From: an uncultured Candidatus Saccharibacteria bacterium
Lineage (GTDB): Bacteria; Patescibacteriota; Minisyncoccia; Phycocordibacterales; EsbW-18
DNA: 57,318 nucleotides
Assembly: GCA_964608145.1 (NCBI GenBank)
Contig: CAZSMD010000001.1
Coordinates: 1-57,318 of the forward strand
Reading direction: 5' to 3'
The notes beneath the pieces are model-generated. The model saw only the letters and a list, made by a program, of their open reading frames with translations, was not told the origin of the DNA and did not search any database. Position 1 is the stretch's first letter; the number at the start of each line of letters is the position of its first letter. The position numbers and the translations under genes are program-made. Positions 9,898 through 20,009 of the stretch are shown here, one piece after another.

Positions 9898-10455
9898 ATG
9901 TACGGCCCGCACTCACTGGTACAACTTGAAAACGGCGAGAACGTCATCCTGCAGATTCGACGGCATCTGTTCGTGTTTTATATGCGCATCGCGTTCGTCG
10001 TTGTCTTGGTTTTCCTTCCCCTGCTCCTCATCCCTGTTGCTGACGCCGCACTTGAAAAAATTTTTGACGCAAACGGCATTCTCGTCTTTTGGGCGCTCTA
10101 CCTTATGTGGCTTCTGGTACTCTCGACTATTTTGTTCGTGCAGTGGACCGACTACTACCTCGATGTGTGGATTGTGACGAATAAGCGCGTCATCGACATC
10201 GAGCAGAAGGGTGTTTTCAATTTTGAAGTATCGACATTCCGCCTGGAACAGATACAGGACATCTCCATTGAGATTAACGGCATCATCGCCAGCTTTTTGA
10301 AATTCGGCACGATTCATATTCACACCGCCGGCGAGAGTCCAAACCTCACCATCAGAGACGCCGCGCGACCCATCGAAGTCAAAGAAGCGCTCATGCGTGC
10401 ACATGGCGCGGTTATGGACGCACGAAACGGCGCGCTTTCGCGCGCCGCCGTCTAG
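9898..10455 (+). CDS. membrane protein with bacterial PH (bPH_2, YdbS/YdbT-like) domain
   Basis: Start trimmed to MYGPHSLVQLENGENVILQIRRH. Two TM helices, then YYLDVWIVTNKRVIDIEQKGVFNFEVSTFRLEQIQDISIE. Confidence 0.65.
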   Translation: MYGPHSLVQLENGENVILQIRRHLFVFYMRIAFVVVLVFLPLLLIPVADAALEKIFDANGILVFWALYLMWLLVLSTILFVQWTDYYLDVWIVTNKRVIDIEQKGVFNFEVSTFRLEQIQDISIEINGIIASFLKFGTIHIHTAGESPNLTIRDAARPIEVKEALMRAHGAVMDARNGALSRAAV

Positions 10456-10458
10456 TTT

Positions 10459-12759
10459 TTATTTTGCAACCCGCTCCGCTTCGTCAAACGAGACGGAGAG
10501 CACTTGTGACGCCGCGTCGGCGCTCATAGTGACGCCGTAAAGCACGCCCGCGCGGGACATCGTCTCACGGTTGTGGGTGATAAGTATCAGCTGTGTTTGC
10601 TGCGCCAGGCTTTCAATCATGTCGCCGTAGCGTTTTGAGTTTGCCTCGTCGAGCGCCGCATCAGTTTCGTCGAGAATAACGAACGGCGGCGGATTAACCT
10701 GCGACATCGCAAAGATAAGCGCGATTGATGTGAGCGCGCGCTCGCCGCCGGAGAGCATCTCCAGACTGCGCACTTTCTTGCGGGGCAATGACACATGAAT
10801 CTCAACGCCGAACTGCTCCTCCTTTTCCTCATCTTCCTCCGGTTCCGGTTCGGTCATTGCATCATCTTCGAGCGTCCGCAGAGCTTCCCTGGTACGCGGT
10901 TTCTCCTTAACGATAGCAAGCGCCGCGTCGCCGCCGCCGAACATGAGCGAGAAGAAGCTGGTAAATGCCGTGTTGATTTTTGAAACACCGCGCTCGAACT
11001 CATCCGCAAGTTTTTGATTCAGTTCCTGGATAAGAGCAGTGAGCGCATCGGCAGACGCGCGCAAATCGGCGATTTCACGTTCCAGGAATGCGTCACGCTC
11101 GCTGACCTCTTTGTGCTCCTTGAGAAGCTCCTCGGAACCCGACAAGCCGCTGTCTTCAAGGCGGATTTTCATGCGCTCAATGACGCGCTTACGCTCGTGT
11201 TGCACGTGCCGGTCTTCCTCGGCAGCCTCCGCGGCAAGCCCCGGCATAAGATCTTTGAACCCGACTGCAGAAAGTCCTGCGAGAGCTCCGGCTTCAGCAA
11301 GTTCGCGCTTGAGTTCTTCGGTTTCAAGCGTGAGTGCGTCTTCCTCGCCGGAAATCGTCTGCAGGGCAAGGCGCACTTCCTGCTGTTCGTTTGAAAGAGC
11401 AAACATGTTGCGCTCAAGTTCGCGTCCCGACACGCGGTCTCCTTCAATTTTCTGCTGCAGGGCGCGATACGTATCCGCGAGCGTCTTTTCCCGCTCTTCC
11501 ATGTGTGTACGTTTTTTCAGAAGCTCGTCTTTTTGCTTTTCGAGCACCGCAAGCTCTTTCATAAGCTCATCGCTCGCGTCGTGCGAAACACCGTCTTCAC
11601 GGAAGCGCGCGATAAATGCCCCGACCCGCTGACGCAGTGCGCGGACAAACTCCTTCAGACGTCCGACGTCATTTTCAGCTTCGAGCTGTGCGAGATCATC
11701 CGAAACCGTTGCAACAAATTCTGAAACCGTCTTGAGCGGAACTGTAGTTGCCTGTCCTTCCGCTTCGCGTTCCCGCTCGCGCTCCAGCTGTTTCTTGGTC
11801 GCTGCAATTTCACCCTCGACACGGCCGACCGATTCGGTCACGCCGTCTTTTTCCTTCCGCAGCTCGCGGAGATTTGCCTCGCTTAGAAGCAGATCCGTTG
11901 TGTCGGTGTCTTTTTTCTCAAGCTTCTCAAGTTCCTTGCGCGCATCAGCAAGCGACGCATCAAGCGTCCGCATGCGCTCAAGAAGCGGATGCTTCCTGGC
12001 GTTCAGTTCTTCCGTCATGCGTGCGACATAGAGATGTTCGCGCGCAAAGTAGTCCCGATATTTATCCACGAGCTCACCGGCAAGCTCCTGCGCCTTCTCG
12101 ACTTTAGCGACCTGCTTTGCCAAAAACACGAGATGCGGCTTGATTTCCCGGCGGATGCTCTCGGCTTTTTCGAGGTTTTCGTTCGTCTTTTCAAGCTTGC
12201 GCAGGCTTTCCTCTTTTTTGTACTGGTAGATTTTGAGCCCGAGCGCGTCCTCAATCATCGCGCGGCGTTCGCGCGGATTGACCGAGAGGATGCGGTCCGC
12301 TTCACCCTGCGAAATAATATGGTGCCCTGATGCGCCGATATGCGCACCGGCGAGCAGTTCAATGATGTCTTTGAGACGCACCGGCGAGCCATTCAACTGG
12401 TATTCACTCGATGCGTCGCGGTGAATAATGCGTTCAATCGTGACCTCGTCGAAATCTATGTCAAAAAGACGCTTTGTCCCTTCTCCGGTCGCATGCGGCG
12501 TATTGTCGAACACAAGTTTTGCGCTTGCGCGGTTTGATTTGGGCACCGTGCGCGAACCGTTCCAGATAAGGTCTTCCGTGCGCTTACCGCGCATGGACTT
12601 CATTGACTGTTCACCCAACACAAAACGAAACGCTTCGGCGACGTTTGACTTTCCGGAACCGTTGGGACCCACAATGCCCGTAATCGACGTTTTAAAAACG
12701 AGGGTTACTTTTTTCGCAAACGATTTAAATCCTGAAACTTCAAGCGATTTGAGATACAT
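10459..12759 (-). CDS. smc: SMC-like chromosome segregation ATPase, 766 aa, no recognisable hinge domain
   Basis: MYLKSLEVSGFKSFAKKVTLVFKTSITGIVGPNGSGKSNV (Walker A); C-terminal LSGGERALTSIALIFAM...PFVILDETDAALD (signature and Walker B). Only heptad-rich sequence lies between them. Start trimmed to M63. Confidence 0.88.
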   Translation of the reverse strand: MYLKSLEVSGFKSFAKKVTLVFKTSITGIVGPNGSGKSNVAEAFRFVLGEQSMKSMRGKRTEDLIWNGSRTVPKSNRASAKLVFDNTPHATGEGTKRLFDIDFDEVTIERIIHRDASSEYQLNGSPVRLKDIIELLAGAHIGASGHHIISQGEADRILSVNPRERRAMIEDALGLKIYQYKKEESLRKLEKTNENLEKAESIRREIKPHLVFLAKQVAKVEKAQELAGELVDKYRDYFAREHLYVARMTEELNARKHPLLERMRTLDASLADARKELEKLEKKDTDTTDLLLSEANLRELRKEKDGVTESVGRVEGEIAATKKQLEREREREAEGQATTVPLKTVSEFVATVSDDLAQLEAENDVGRLKEFVRALRQRVGAFIARFREDGVSHDASDELMKELAVLEKQKDELLKKRTHMEEREKTLADTYRALQQKIEGDRVSGRELERNMFALSNEQQEVRLALQTISGEEDALTLETEELKRELAEAGALAGLSAVGFKDLMPGLAAEAAEEDRHVQHERKRVIERMKIRLEDSGLSGSEELLKEHKEVSERDAFLEREIADLRASADALTALIQELNQKLADEFERGVSKINTAFTSFFSLMFGGGDAALAIVKEKPRTREALRTLEDDAMTEPEPEEDEEKEEQFGVEIHVSLPRKKVRSLEMLSGGERALTSIALIFAMSQVNPPPFVILDETDAALDEANSKRYGDMIESLAQQTQLILITHNRETMSRAGVLYGVTMSADAASQVLSVSFDEAERVAK

Positions 12760-12862
12760 ACAAAAATATCGTGCCCCGCGACACCTCATTATCGCAGAAA
12801 AAGAGCCTCCTGTCATGCAAAAACCGCGCCCTTTCGGAACGCGGCGGCACATCAGTATCGAC

Positions 12863-13273
12863 TCACCCGAGAAGGGCGTCGACTTTGTGCGCATCAAAAC
12901 TTTCCCCATCAAGTGTTTCGTAGGCCGAGCTGGTAACAACCTCAAAGAGCATGTTTACTGCGGCCAGCATCTTCCCGGAAACGGCGCCTTCGACAGCATG
13001 CGTCTGTTTTTGCTCATCGAAGATGGACAGGTAGTGAAAACCGTGGGTGCGGCACCTGCGATGGTACCCAAATCGGGCCCCGCTAATGTTTTGCCCGATT
13101 TCCTCCTTCGACGGTTTACGCCCGGGAAATTTTCTTGAGGTCCCCATGTACGCGGAGAAAAAGAAAAACTCCTGAGAGTGCACCCACCTGAGCCTTCCTG
13201 AAATCGTAAGCCGTATGAGTTGAACAACGTCTGCCACGCTTACTTCACCTGAACTCAAAAAAGTGTACGCCAC
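12863..13273 (-). CDS. hypothetical protein (136 aa) in the rnc-smc gap
   Basis: GTG start preceded by AAGGGGG. It fills an otherwise 580-nt gap in a compact genome. No family recognised. Confidence 0.4.
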   Translation of the reverse strand: MAYTFLSSGEVSVADVVQLIRLTISGRLRWVHSQEFFFFSAYMGTSRKFPGRKPSKEEIGQNISGARFGYHRRCRTHGFHYLSIFDEQKQTHAVEGAVSGKMLAAVNMLFEVVTSSAYETLDGESFDAHKVDALLG

Positions 13274-13340
13274 AGAGCCCCCTTTCGTACGGGTTGTCTT
13301 TTCCGTTCAGTACTGTATAGGAAACCGCGAAGCGACACAA

Positions 13341-14033
13341 CTAATGCCACCCTTTTGCCGTAAGTGCGTTCTGCGCGGCCTGCTGTTCGGCTTCCTGCTT
13401 GCTCTTCCCTTCCCCTTCGGCGATTTTTTCTTCGTCGACGAAAACACCGATTGTAAAATGTTTGTCGTGGTCCGGTCCCTCCTCGCGGAGTGATTTATAG
13501 AGCGGCGTGTGTCCTTCTTTTTCCTGCGCAACCTCCTGGAAACGGCTTTTTGCGTCACGCCAGAGGTGTTTTTCAACAATGTCATCGGTCAGCGGCAGCA
13601 CGTTGTCCTCAATAAAATCTTTTGCGGCGTCGTATCCCTGATCAAGATACAGTGCGCCGACAAGCGCTTCAAACGCGTTCGCGAGAATGAACTGACGCGC
13701 CCGGCCGGTATCACGCGCTTCACCCTTTGAAAGCAACAGATAGTCATTCATGCCGAGTCCCATTGCAACCGTTGCAAGTGTTGATGCGTTCACCAGTCCT
13801 GCGCGGTAGGAGGTCAAATCCCCTTCCGTGCGATCAGGATATTTTCCAAACAAAAAATCCGTCGTGATGAGTTCAAGAACCGCATCACCTAAAAACTCCA
13901 GCCGCTCGTTGTGCTGCCGTTTGCCGCTCCGGTGCTCATTCACAAATGAGCGGTGCGTAAAAGCGACTTCAAGCAGACGCTTGTCCTTGAAGGTGATTCC
14001 TATGCGTTCTTCAAATTCTTTAAAATCTTTCAT
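13341..14033 (-). CDS. rnc: ribonuclease III
   Basis: FTHRSFVNEH...NERLEFLGDAVLE catalytic signature plus a C-terminal dsRBD. Confidence 0.95.
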   Translation of the reverse strand: MKDFKEFEERIGITFKDKRLLEVAFTHRSFVNEHRSGKRQHNERLEFLGDAVLELITTDFLFGKYPDRTEGDLTSYRAGLVNASTLATVAMGLGMNDYLLLSKGEARDTGRARQFILANAFEALVGALYLDQGYDAAKDFIEDNVLPLTDDIVEKHLWRDAKSRFQEVAQEKEGHTPLYKSLREEGPDHDKHFTIGVFVDEEKIAEGEGKSKQEAEQQAAQNALTAKGWH

Positions 14034-14061
14034 ATGCTTACCGCGCTCTTGGCGCTGTTTC

Positions 14062-14955
14062 TTACTTTTTCGCCACCAAAATGTTGATTGCCTTCGTAAT
14101 GATGGGAAGGATGTCGTCGTAGATGTTGAGGTTCACGATTTCAGCAAGCTTGAACCAGCGTGCGTCATCGAGTCCGCCCGATGAGCCGAGTGTAATCTCG
14201 TGGAACGGCGCTTCGGCAAGGAAATAGTGTACCTGCTTTCGTGTCTTGCCTTTCTCCGGGTGCGACGCAACGTACTCGTTTGAGCCCAAATCGTCGTGAA
14301 GTGTTACATCAAGCCCGAGCTCTTCTTTGAGTTTCAAAACCGTGCCTTCGCGCACGTCATCCACCTCGATTTTTCCTTTGGAAAGCGTCCAGTGTCCGAA
14401 AACGTCGTGCACAAGCGCAACATAGACGTCACCGTCGTGCCGCGCGTAGACAACCGCACCGCCGAGATTCTCAATCGGCATTTTTTCAAACGGTACATCG
14501 GGAATCTTTTTCTTTGAAACCTCATTTTTGCCCGGCTCGCCGATTTCTTTGTATACGGAACCGAGCACGCCGTTTACAAACCGTCCGGAGGAATCCCCGC
14601 CGAAGCTCTTTGCAAGCTCAATCGCCTCGTTGATGGCCACTTTTGCGGGTACATCTTTGCGGTCGCTGAACAGCAATTCAAAAAGACCGAGTCGCAAAAC
14701 GTTACGGTCAATAGGGGAAATCTTATCAATGGGCCAGTCAGGCGCAGCCTTCGTGATAATGGTGTCTAAATCTTTTTGTTTTTCGCGTACGCCCTTCACC
14801 AGCCGTTCCATGAAGTCGTTCTCATTGATGCCGGGGCCGTACTCATCCCGCGTGCGATAGAGTGCAGCAAGAAGTTTCTTCGGATCTTGCTCGGCAAAAT
14901 CCGTTTCAAAGAGCGTCTGGAGCACTATTGATCGTGCGAGGTGTCTGTTACTCAT
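14062..14955 (-). CDS. nusB: NusB antitermination factor fused to a C-terminal Nudix domain
   Basis: N-terminal NusB: RHLARSIVLQTLFE...AINEAIELAKSFGGDSSGRFVNGVLG. From about aa 160: GAVVYARHDGDVYVALVH...GKIEVDDVREGTVLKLKEELGL, a Nudix box one residue short and lacking the RE glutamate. Confidence 0.85.
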   Translation of the reverse strand: MSNRHLARSIVLQTLFETDFAEQDPKKLLAALYRTRDEYGPGINENDFMERLVKGVREKQKDLDTIITKAAPDWPIDKISPIDRNVLRLGLFELLFSDRKDVPAKVAINEAIELAKSFGGDSSGRFVNGVLGSVYKEIGEPGKNEVSKKKIPDVPFEKMPIENLGGAVVYARHDGDVYVALVHDVFGHWTLSKGKIEVDDVREGTVLKLKEELGLDVTLHDDLGSNEYVASHPEKGKTRKQVHYFLAEAPFHEITLGSSGGLDDARWFKLAEIVNLNIYDDILPIITKAINILVAKK

Positions 14956-15008
14956 GATACTTCCTCCTCTCATCTGCCACTTGGCAAAGAACGATCACGC
15001 TTGCATTG

Positions 15009-15278
15009 TTATTCCTTTCCTTCTGTGTCTTTTGCCGCTTGTGACGCCGACTGTCCGAGCGCTTTGAGTTTCTCCTGCTTTCGCTTGAGAGCCCGCTCGT
15101 TCGCCGACTTGACGTCAACAACAGCGCGGCCGCGGTACATACCGCACTTCGGGCACATTTCGTGCCGAACGTGTTCCGCGCCGCAGGACGGGCACTTTGA
15201 AAAGCGCGCTTCCGTGAGAGCGTGGTGTCCACGACGGTTTCCCGTGTGGCCTTTGGTATGTCGCATTCGAACTGTCAT
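15009..15278 (-). CDS. rpmF: 50S ribosomal protein L32
   Basis: MTVRMRHTKGHTGNRRGHHAL...CPSCGAEHVRHEMCPKCGMYRGR. Start trimmed to M14. Confidence 0.9.
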   Translation of the reverse strand: MTVRMRHTKGHTGNRRGHHALTEARFSKCPSCGAEHVRHEMCPKCGMYRGRAVVDVKSANERALKRKQEKLKALGQSASQAAKDTEGKE

Positions 15279-15365
15279 AACGAAAAACACTATAGCAAAA
15301 CAAGGCCTCTCTGACAAGGTGTGGAAAAGAAAAAGCCCGCAGCGGCAGCTAACCGCCCGCGGGCA

Positions 15366-15899
15366 TCACAGGACCGGGTCAAGAATGCGTTGGTTTCGAC
15401 TGCCGAAGTAGTAGAAAGCCTCTGACTTCTGCATCGCCCACCGGCAGGCCTGCTTGAGACCTTCGTGGTGAGTGAGAATGACGCACTTTTTCGTAAAGAG
15501 CGCGGGCTCGATGGTCATCCATACGGGCGGTTCGAACCCGCCCTTCGCATGCGCGAGCGGTGTCCCGCTGAAAGAAAACGTAGCGTAGAACGAAGCATTC
15601 CGCGCCGGCTGTGTTTCATCGAAATCGAAGAGTCCCCGATTCTCCGATGAAATGAGCCGGCTGTTGAAACCCGACACAAAGAGCACGGGGGTGAGCCCGA
15701 TCGGCGTAACGCCGATTCTTTGCGCAATGACGACTGCGGTCTTTTCGCAGATCGTCCGGTTCCGCCAGACAAGTCCGCCGGGAAGCTGGTACAACGTATC
15801 GTCAAACCGCCTCACGAAGAGTACTTGCGGCTTTCTTTCATGCTCCCGGAATATTGCTATTCCTACGAATTCCTCAGGCGTGGAGTTTTTGAAGAGCAC
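15366..15899 (-). CDS. Nudix-fold-like protein with degenerate Nudix box
   Basis: LPGGLVWRNRTICEKTAVVIAQRIGV keeps the G/U scaffold of GX5EX7REUXEEXGU but lacks the catalytic R/E residues. Confidence 0.5.
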   Translation of the reverse strand: MLFKNSTPEEFVGIAIFREHERKPQVLFVRRFDDTLYQLPGGLVWRNRTICEKTAVVIAQRIGVTPIGLTPVLFVSGFNSRLISSENRGLFDFDETQPARNASFYATFSFSGTPLAHAKGGFEPPVWMTIEPALFTKKCVILTHHEGLKQACRWAMQKSEAFYYFGSRNQRILDPVL

Positions 15900-15979
15900 A
15901 CCTGCCTCCGAAATCGAAAACGACCCTTTCGGTCGCTATGGTCTGAATGCAATATATCAGAAATACAGACGTGTGTCAA

Positions 15980-16585
15980 TCATTCCCGAATAAGGGCTTC
16001 GCAGAAAGATTTTCGGTGTATTTTTGAGAGTCCATGCTTCCCTATCGCGTCCCGGTGCGCCTTGGTTCCGTAACCTTTATGTATTTCGAGGCCATATACA
16101 GAGTAGACCTTGGCGTACATTTTCATTCTCCTGTCACGGAGCACTTTCGCGGCAACTGATGCGAGGGCGATTTCGATGTGTGTCGCATCTCCGCGGACAA
16201 TGCTTTTTTGTCGCGTGTAGACGGAAGGCGCTTTGAGTCCGCCGTCAAGAAGCACCATCGTTTGCTTGGGATGTATGCCGAGCTTCTGCAGAGAGCGCGC
16301 GGTCGCGAGCGCGACCGCGCGCGTAATTCCTTTTGCATCAATTATTTTCGCCGACGAGAACGACACCGCCCATGAAAGATGCCCCGCCTTCGCAAGTCTT
16401 TTGATTTCAGCAAACCACGCCTCTCGTGCTTTTTCGGAGAGCTGTTTCGAATCTTTCACCTGGGGGAATGCTTTCTTGAGGGCCTGCCGGGAGCGGATAT
16501 TCTGGGCTACCGCGACAACACCGACGGCAACCGGACCCGCCAAGGGTCCTCTCCCCGCTTCATCAATACCGACAACGGTTTTCAT
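15980..16585 (-). CDS. rnhB: ribonuclease HII
   Basis: MKTVVGIDEAGRGPLAGPVAVGVVAV...HKGYGTKAHRDAI. Start trimmed to M52. Confidence 0.92.
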   Translation of the reverse strand: MKTVVGIDEAGRGPLAGPVAVGVVAVAQNIRSRQALKKAFPQVKDSKQLSEKAREAWFAEIKRLAKAGHLSWAVSFSSAKIIDAKGITRAVALATARSLQKLGIHPKQTMVLLDGGLKAPSVYTRQKSIVRGDATHIEIALASVAAKVLRDRRMKMYAKVYSVYGLEIHKGYGTKAHRDAIGKHGLSKIHRKSFCEALIRE

Positions 16586-16796
16586 GCTGAAATTGTAACA
16601 CTTTTCTGACTGCTGAATTCTAAAAAACCTTTGACATTTACGATTTGGATTTTGGAATGCGCAAAAAAGCAGAATCCACAGGGCTCCGGCGATACGGTGC
16701 GTGTACAATGTGTGGCGATGACAACGCCGTTCGTCCATCCCGCACGAAAGCTCGCTCCGCTCGCTTCATACGGGACAGGCCTCCATACGCCACACC

Positions 16797-19700
16797 ATGT
16801 CTAAATTCATCCACTTACATACCCACTCGCATTACTCTCTACTCTCCGCGCTCCCGCGCATTCCCAATCTCGTCAAACGGGCAAAGGAGCTGGGAATGCC
16901 GGCGCTTGCGCTCACCGACAGCGGCAACCTCTACGCCGCCATCGAATTTTATAAGGCATGCCAAAAAGCCGAGATCAAACCGATACTCGGCGTTGACTTC
17001 TATCTCGCCGCGCGCACGCGCTTCGACAAGGAAGCCGGCATCGACAGCCGCCGCAAACGCCTCGTCGTCATCGCCAAAAACGAGACCGGATACCAAAACC
17101 TCATCAAACTGGTTACCTATTCCCACCTTGAAGGGTTTTACTACAAGCCACGCATCGACCGTGAGCTTTTGGAGCGCTACCACGAAGGTCTTATCGTCGT
17201 CATTCCGACATTTAACGGCGAACTCGCGGGACTGCTTTCCCAAACAAACGACGCCGAGGCGCGTGCGGTTGTTGATTTCTATACAACCACTTTCGGCGCC
17301 GACCATGTCTTTCTTGAAATCACGCACCATCCCGAAGCGGAGGGACACGAAGCACTCACCAACGCAACGATTGCATTCGGCAAGAAATACAACGTGCCGC
17401 TCGTCGCGACCAATGACGTGTACTACCTCAACCCCGAAGACCGCGAGGCGCGCCGGACGCTGCTGTCCATCCAATCGGGTTCCGACGCGCGCGGAAAGGG
17501 ATTTGTGAACGCCGAGCTTGATTTTTCATTCCTTTCCGCCGAAGAAATGGCGGACCGTTTCTCTTATATTCCCGAGGCAATCGCAAACACAGCGAAAATT
17601 GCGGACATGTGTTCGCTTGAAATCAAGCTTGGCTCGTGGATGTTCCCTAACTTTGAAATTCCCGAGGGCTCGACATACGCATCGGAACTTCGCGCCCGCG
17701 TGCTCGAAGGACAAGAGCGCCGCGGTCTGCCCGACACAAAAGAAATACAAGATCGCATTGCATTTGAACTTGATACCATCATTTCAAAAGGATACGCGCC
17801 CTATTTCCTGGTCGTCGGTGATCTCCTCCGCCACGCGCGCGAAAACGGCATTCTCACCAACACCCGTGGTTCCGTTGCCGGTTCGCTTGTTTCCTATGTG
17901 CTCGGCATTACCACGGTTGACCCGATTGAGTATCAGCTGCCGTTTGAACGATTTCTCAACCCGCTGCGTCCGTCGCCGCCCGATATCGACCTCGATATCG
18001 CCGACAACCGTCGCGACGCCATGATTGCATATGCGCGGCAAAAATACGGCGCGGATAAAGTCGCGCAAATCGGCACATTCGGAACGATGATGGCGCGCGG
18101 GAGCGTCCGCGATACCGCGCGCGCTCTCGGATTTGAATTGTCATTCGCCGACCGCATCGCAAAAATTATTCCGTTCGGCGTGCAAGGATTTCCGATGTCA
18201 ATCGACCGCGCGCTTGAGGAGGAGCCGGAACTCAAAAAAATGTACGACACTGACCCGGACACCAAGCGCCTTCTGCTGATGGCGAAAAAAATCGAAGGGT
18301 GTGCGCGCCACATTTCAGTGCACGCCGCGGGGGTCGTCATCTCGCCGATTCCGCTTGAAGACATCGTGCCGGTGCAGTGGGACCCGAAGGGTGAGGGCAA
18401 GCTCATCACGCAATATGACATGCATGCAGTTGAGGACGTCGGCCTCCTCAAGTTTGACTTCCTGGGGCTTAAGAACCTTGCCGTGCTTGCCGACTCAATC
18501 CGCCGCGTTAAAAAAATCTACGGCACCGAGATTGATATTGAGAATGTGCCACTCGATGACAAGAAAACATTCGCCATGCTCGCGCGCGGAGAAACCATGT
18601 CGGTCTTCCAGCTCTCCGGCCAGGCAATGACGCAATTCCTGAAAGAGCTGCGCCCGACAAACATCCACGACATCAACGCCATGGTCGCCCTGTATCGTCC
18701 GGGTCCGATGAAAAACATCCCCGAATACATCGCACGCAAACACGGTCAGAAACAAACTGTGTATGCGCACCCGAAGATGAAAGAATTCCTGGAACGTTCA
18801 TACGGCATTCTTGTGTACCAAGACGATCTTCTTGCAACAGCGCTCAATCTTGCGGGATACACGTGGGAAACCGTGGATAAATTCCGTAAGGCCGTCGGAA
18901 AAAAGATTCCGGAAGAAATGGCGAAGCAGCATGTTATTTTCGTTCAGGGATGCATCGAGCACTCCGGTATGACCGAGGGACAGGCAGAGAATCTGTGGGC
19001 GCTTTTTGAACCGTTCCAGGGCTACGGCTTTAACAAGGCGCACGCAGCAAGTTACGGACGCCTCGCATATCAGACAGCCTACATGAAAGCCAATTTTCCT
19101 ACCGCATACATGGCGGCAGTTCTGACCGGTGACGCCGGAGATGTGGAGAAAATTGCCGAAATCATCAGTGAATGCAAACGTATGGGCATTGACGTGCTTC
19201 CGCCTGACGTAAACCAGAGTCTCGGCGACTTTTCCGTGGTAACGCGGGAGATGTCCGAGGATGATAACGAACACATTCGTTTTGGTCTCCACTCAATCAA
19301 GAACTTCGGTGAGGGTGTCGCTGACGCAATTATCGAAGAACGCAAGGCAAACGGGCCGTACACATCGCTCGAAGAATTTCTCTCGCGCGTCAAAGACCGT
19401 AATCTCAACAAGAAATCGCTCGAGGCGCTGATACAGTCGGGAGCGCTCGACGCCTTCGGTGAACGCGGGGCAATGCTTGCAAACATTGAAACTCTGCTCG
19501 CGCACCGCAAGCACGCGCTCACTGAACACAAAGGGCAGGATTCTCTTTTTGGCGGCGCCGACCTCGCACTTCCCGCACTCCGCCTTGAAAAAGCGGAGCC
19601 GGCGTCACAGATGCAGAAACTCGCGTGGGAAAAAGAGCTTCTCGGACTTTACATTTCGGGACATCCGCTGGACGCTCACAAAAATTTCCTCGAAAAAACA

Positions 19701-19982
19701 AATACAACTATACAGAAAGCGAAGGGACTTCCCCCGGGCGCTACGACCGTTGTATACGGTCTCATCGAAGACGTGCGTCCGATTCTGACAAAAAACGGCG
19801 ACAAGATGGCTTTTGTGCATATTTCCGACTACACCGGTCCGATTGAAGTTGTTTTCTTCCCGAAAACATTCAATGAAGTGAAGGACACACTCATTCCCGG
19901 TGCATGTGTCGGCGTCAAAGGAAAACTCTCCGTCCGGAACGGTGAAGTTTCGATTCTTAGCGACAAGATAAAAAAGATATAG
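16797..19982 (+). CDS. dnaE: DNA polymerase III alpha subunit
   Basis: PHP domain (FIHLHTHSHYSLL, ALTDSGNLYAAIEF), palm/fingers blocks (FDFLGLKNL, YRPGP, GYGFNKAHAASY), C-terminal OB fold. Confidence 0.95.
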   Translation: MSKFIHLHTHSHYSLLSALPRIPNLVKRAKELGMPALALTDSGNLYAAIEFYKACQKAEIKPILGVDFYLAARTRFDKEAGIDSRRKRLVVIAKNETGYQNLIKLVTYSHLEGFYYKPRIDRELLERYHEGLIVVIPTFNGELAGLLSQTNDAEARAVVDFYTTTFGADHVFLEITHHPEAEGHEALTNATIAFGKKYNVPLVATNDVYYLNPEDREARRTLLSIQSGSDARGKGFVNAELDFSFLSAEEMADRFSYIPEAIANTAKIADMCSLEIKLGSWMFPNFEIPEGSTYASELRARVLEGQERRGLPDTKEIQDRIAFELDTIISKGYAPYFLVVGDLLRHARENGILTNTRGSVAGSLVSYVLGITTVDPIEYQLPFERFLNPLRPSPPDIDLDIADNRRDAMIAYARQKYGADKVAQIGTFGTMMARGSVRDTARALGFELSFADRIAKIIPFGVQGFPMSIDRALEEEPELKKMYDTDPDTKRLLLMAKKIEGCARHISVHAAGVVISPIPLEDIVPVQWDPKGEGKLITQYDMHAVEDVGLLKFDFLGLKNLAVLADSIRRVKKIYGTEIDIENVPLDDKKTFAMLARGETMSVFQLSGQAMTQFLKELRPTNIHDINAMVALYRPGPMKNIPEYIARKHGQKQTVYAHPKMKEFLERSYGILVYQDDLLATALNLAGYTWETVDKFRKAVGKKIPEEMAKQHVIFVQGCIEHSGMTEGQAENLWALFEPFQGYGFNKAHAASYGRLAYQTAYMKANFPTAYMAAVLTGDAGDVEKIAEIISECKRMGIDVLPPDVNQSLGDFSVVTREMSEDDNEHIRFGLHSIKNFGEGVADAIIEERKANGPYTSLEEFLSRVKDRNLNKKSLEALIQSGALDAFGERGAMLANIETLLAHRKHALTEHKGQDSLFGGADLALPALRLEKAEPASQMQKLAWEKELLGLYISGHPLDAHKNFLEKTNTTIQKAKGLPPGATTVVYGLIEDVRPILTKNGDKMAFVHISDYTGPIEVVFFPKTFNEVKDTLIPGACVGVKGKLSVRNGEVSILSDKIKKI

Positions 19983-19984
19983 AA

Positions 19985-20009
19985 AGACCTCAGCCGGCGG
20001 CTGAGGTCT
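19985..20009. terminator. 11-bp hairpin shared by convergent dnaE and the 176-aa ORF
   Basis: AGACCTCAGCC GGC GGCTGAGGTCT. U-rich tail on the minus strand. Overlaps the last codons of ORF 19990-20520. Confidence 0.55.

Noticed and set aside
16702-16796. Structured 5' UTR of dnaE closed by GTGTGGCG/CGCCACAC.
   Set aside because: The predicted start after the TGTACAAT extended -10 box (16702-16709) falls inside the 5' arm, so the helix would not be fully transcribed. The evidence is too weak to report.
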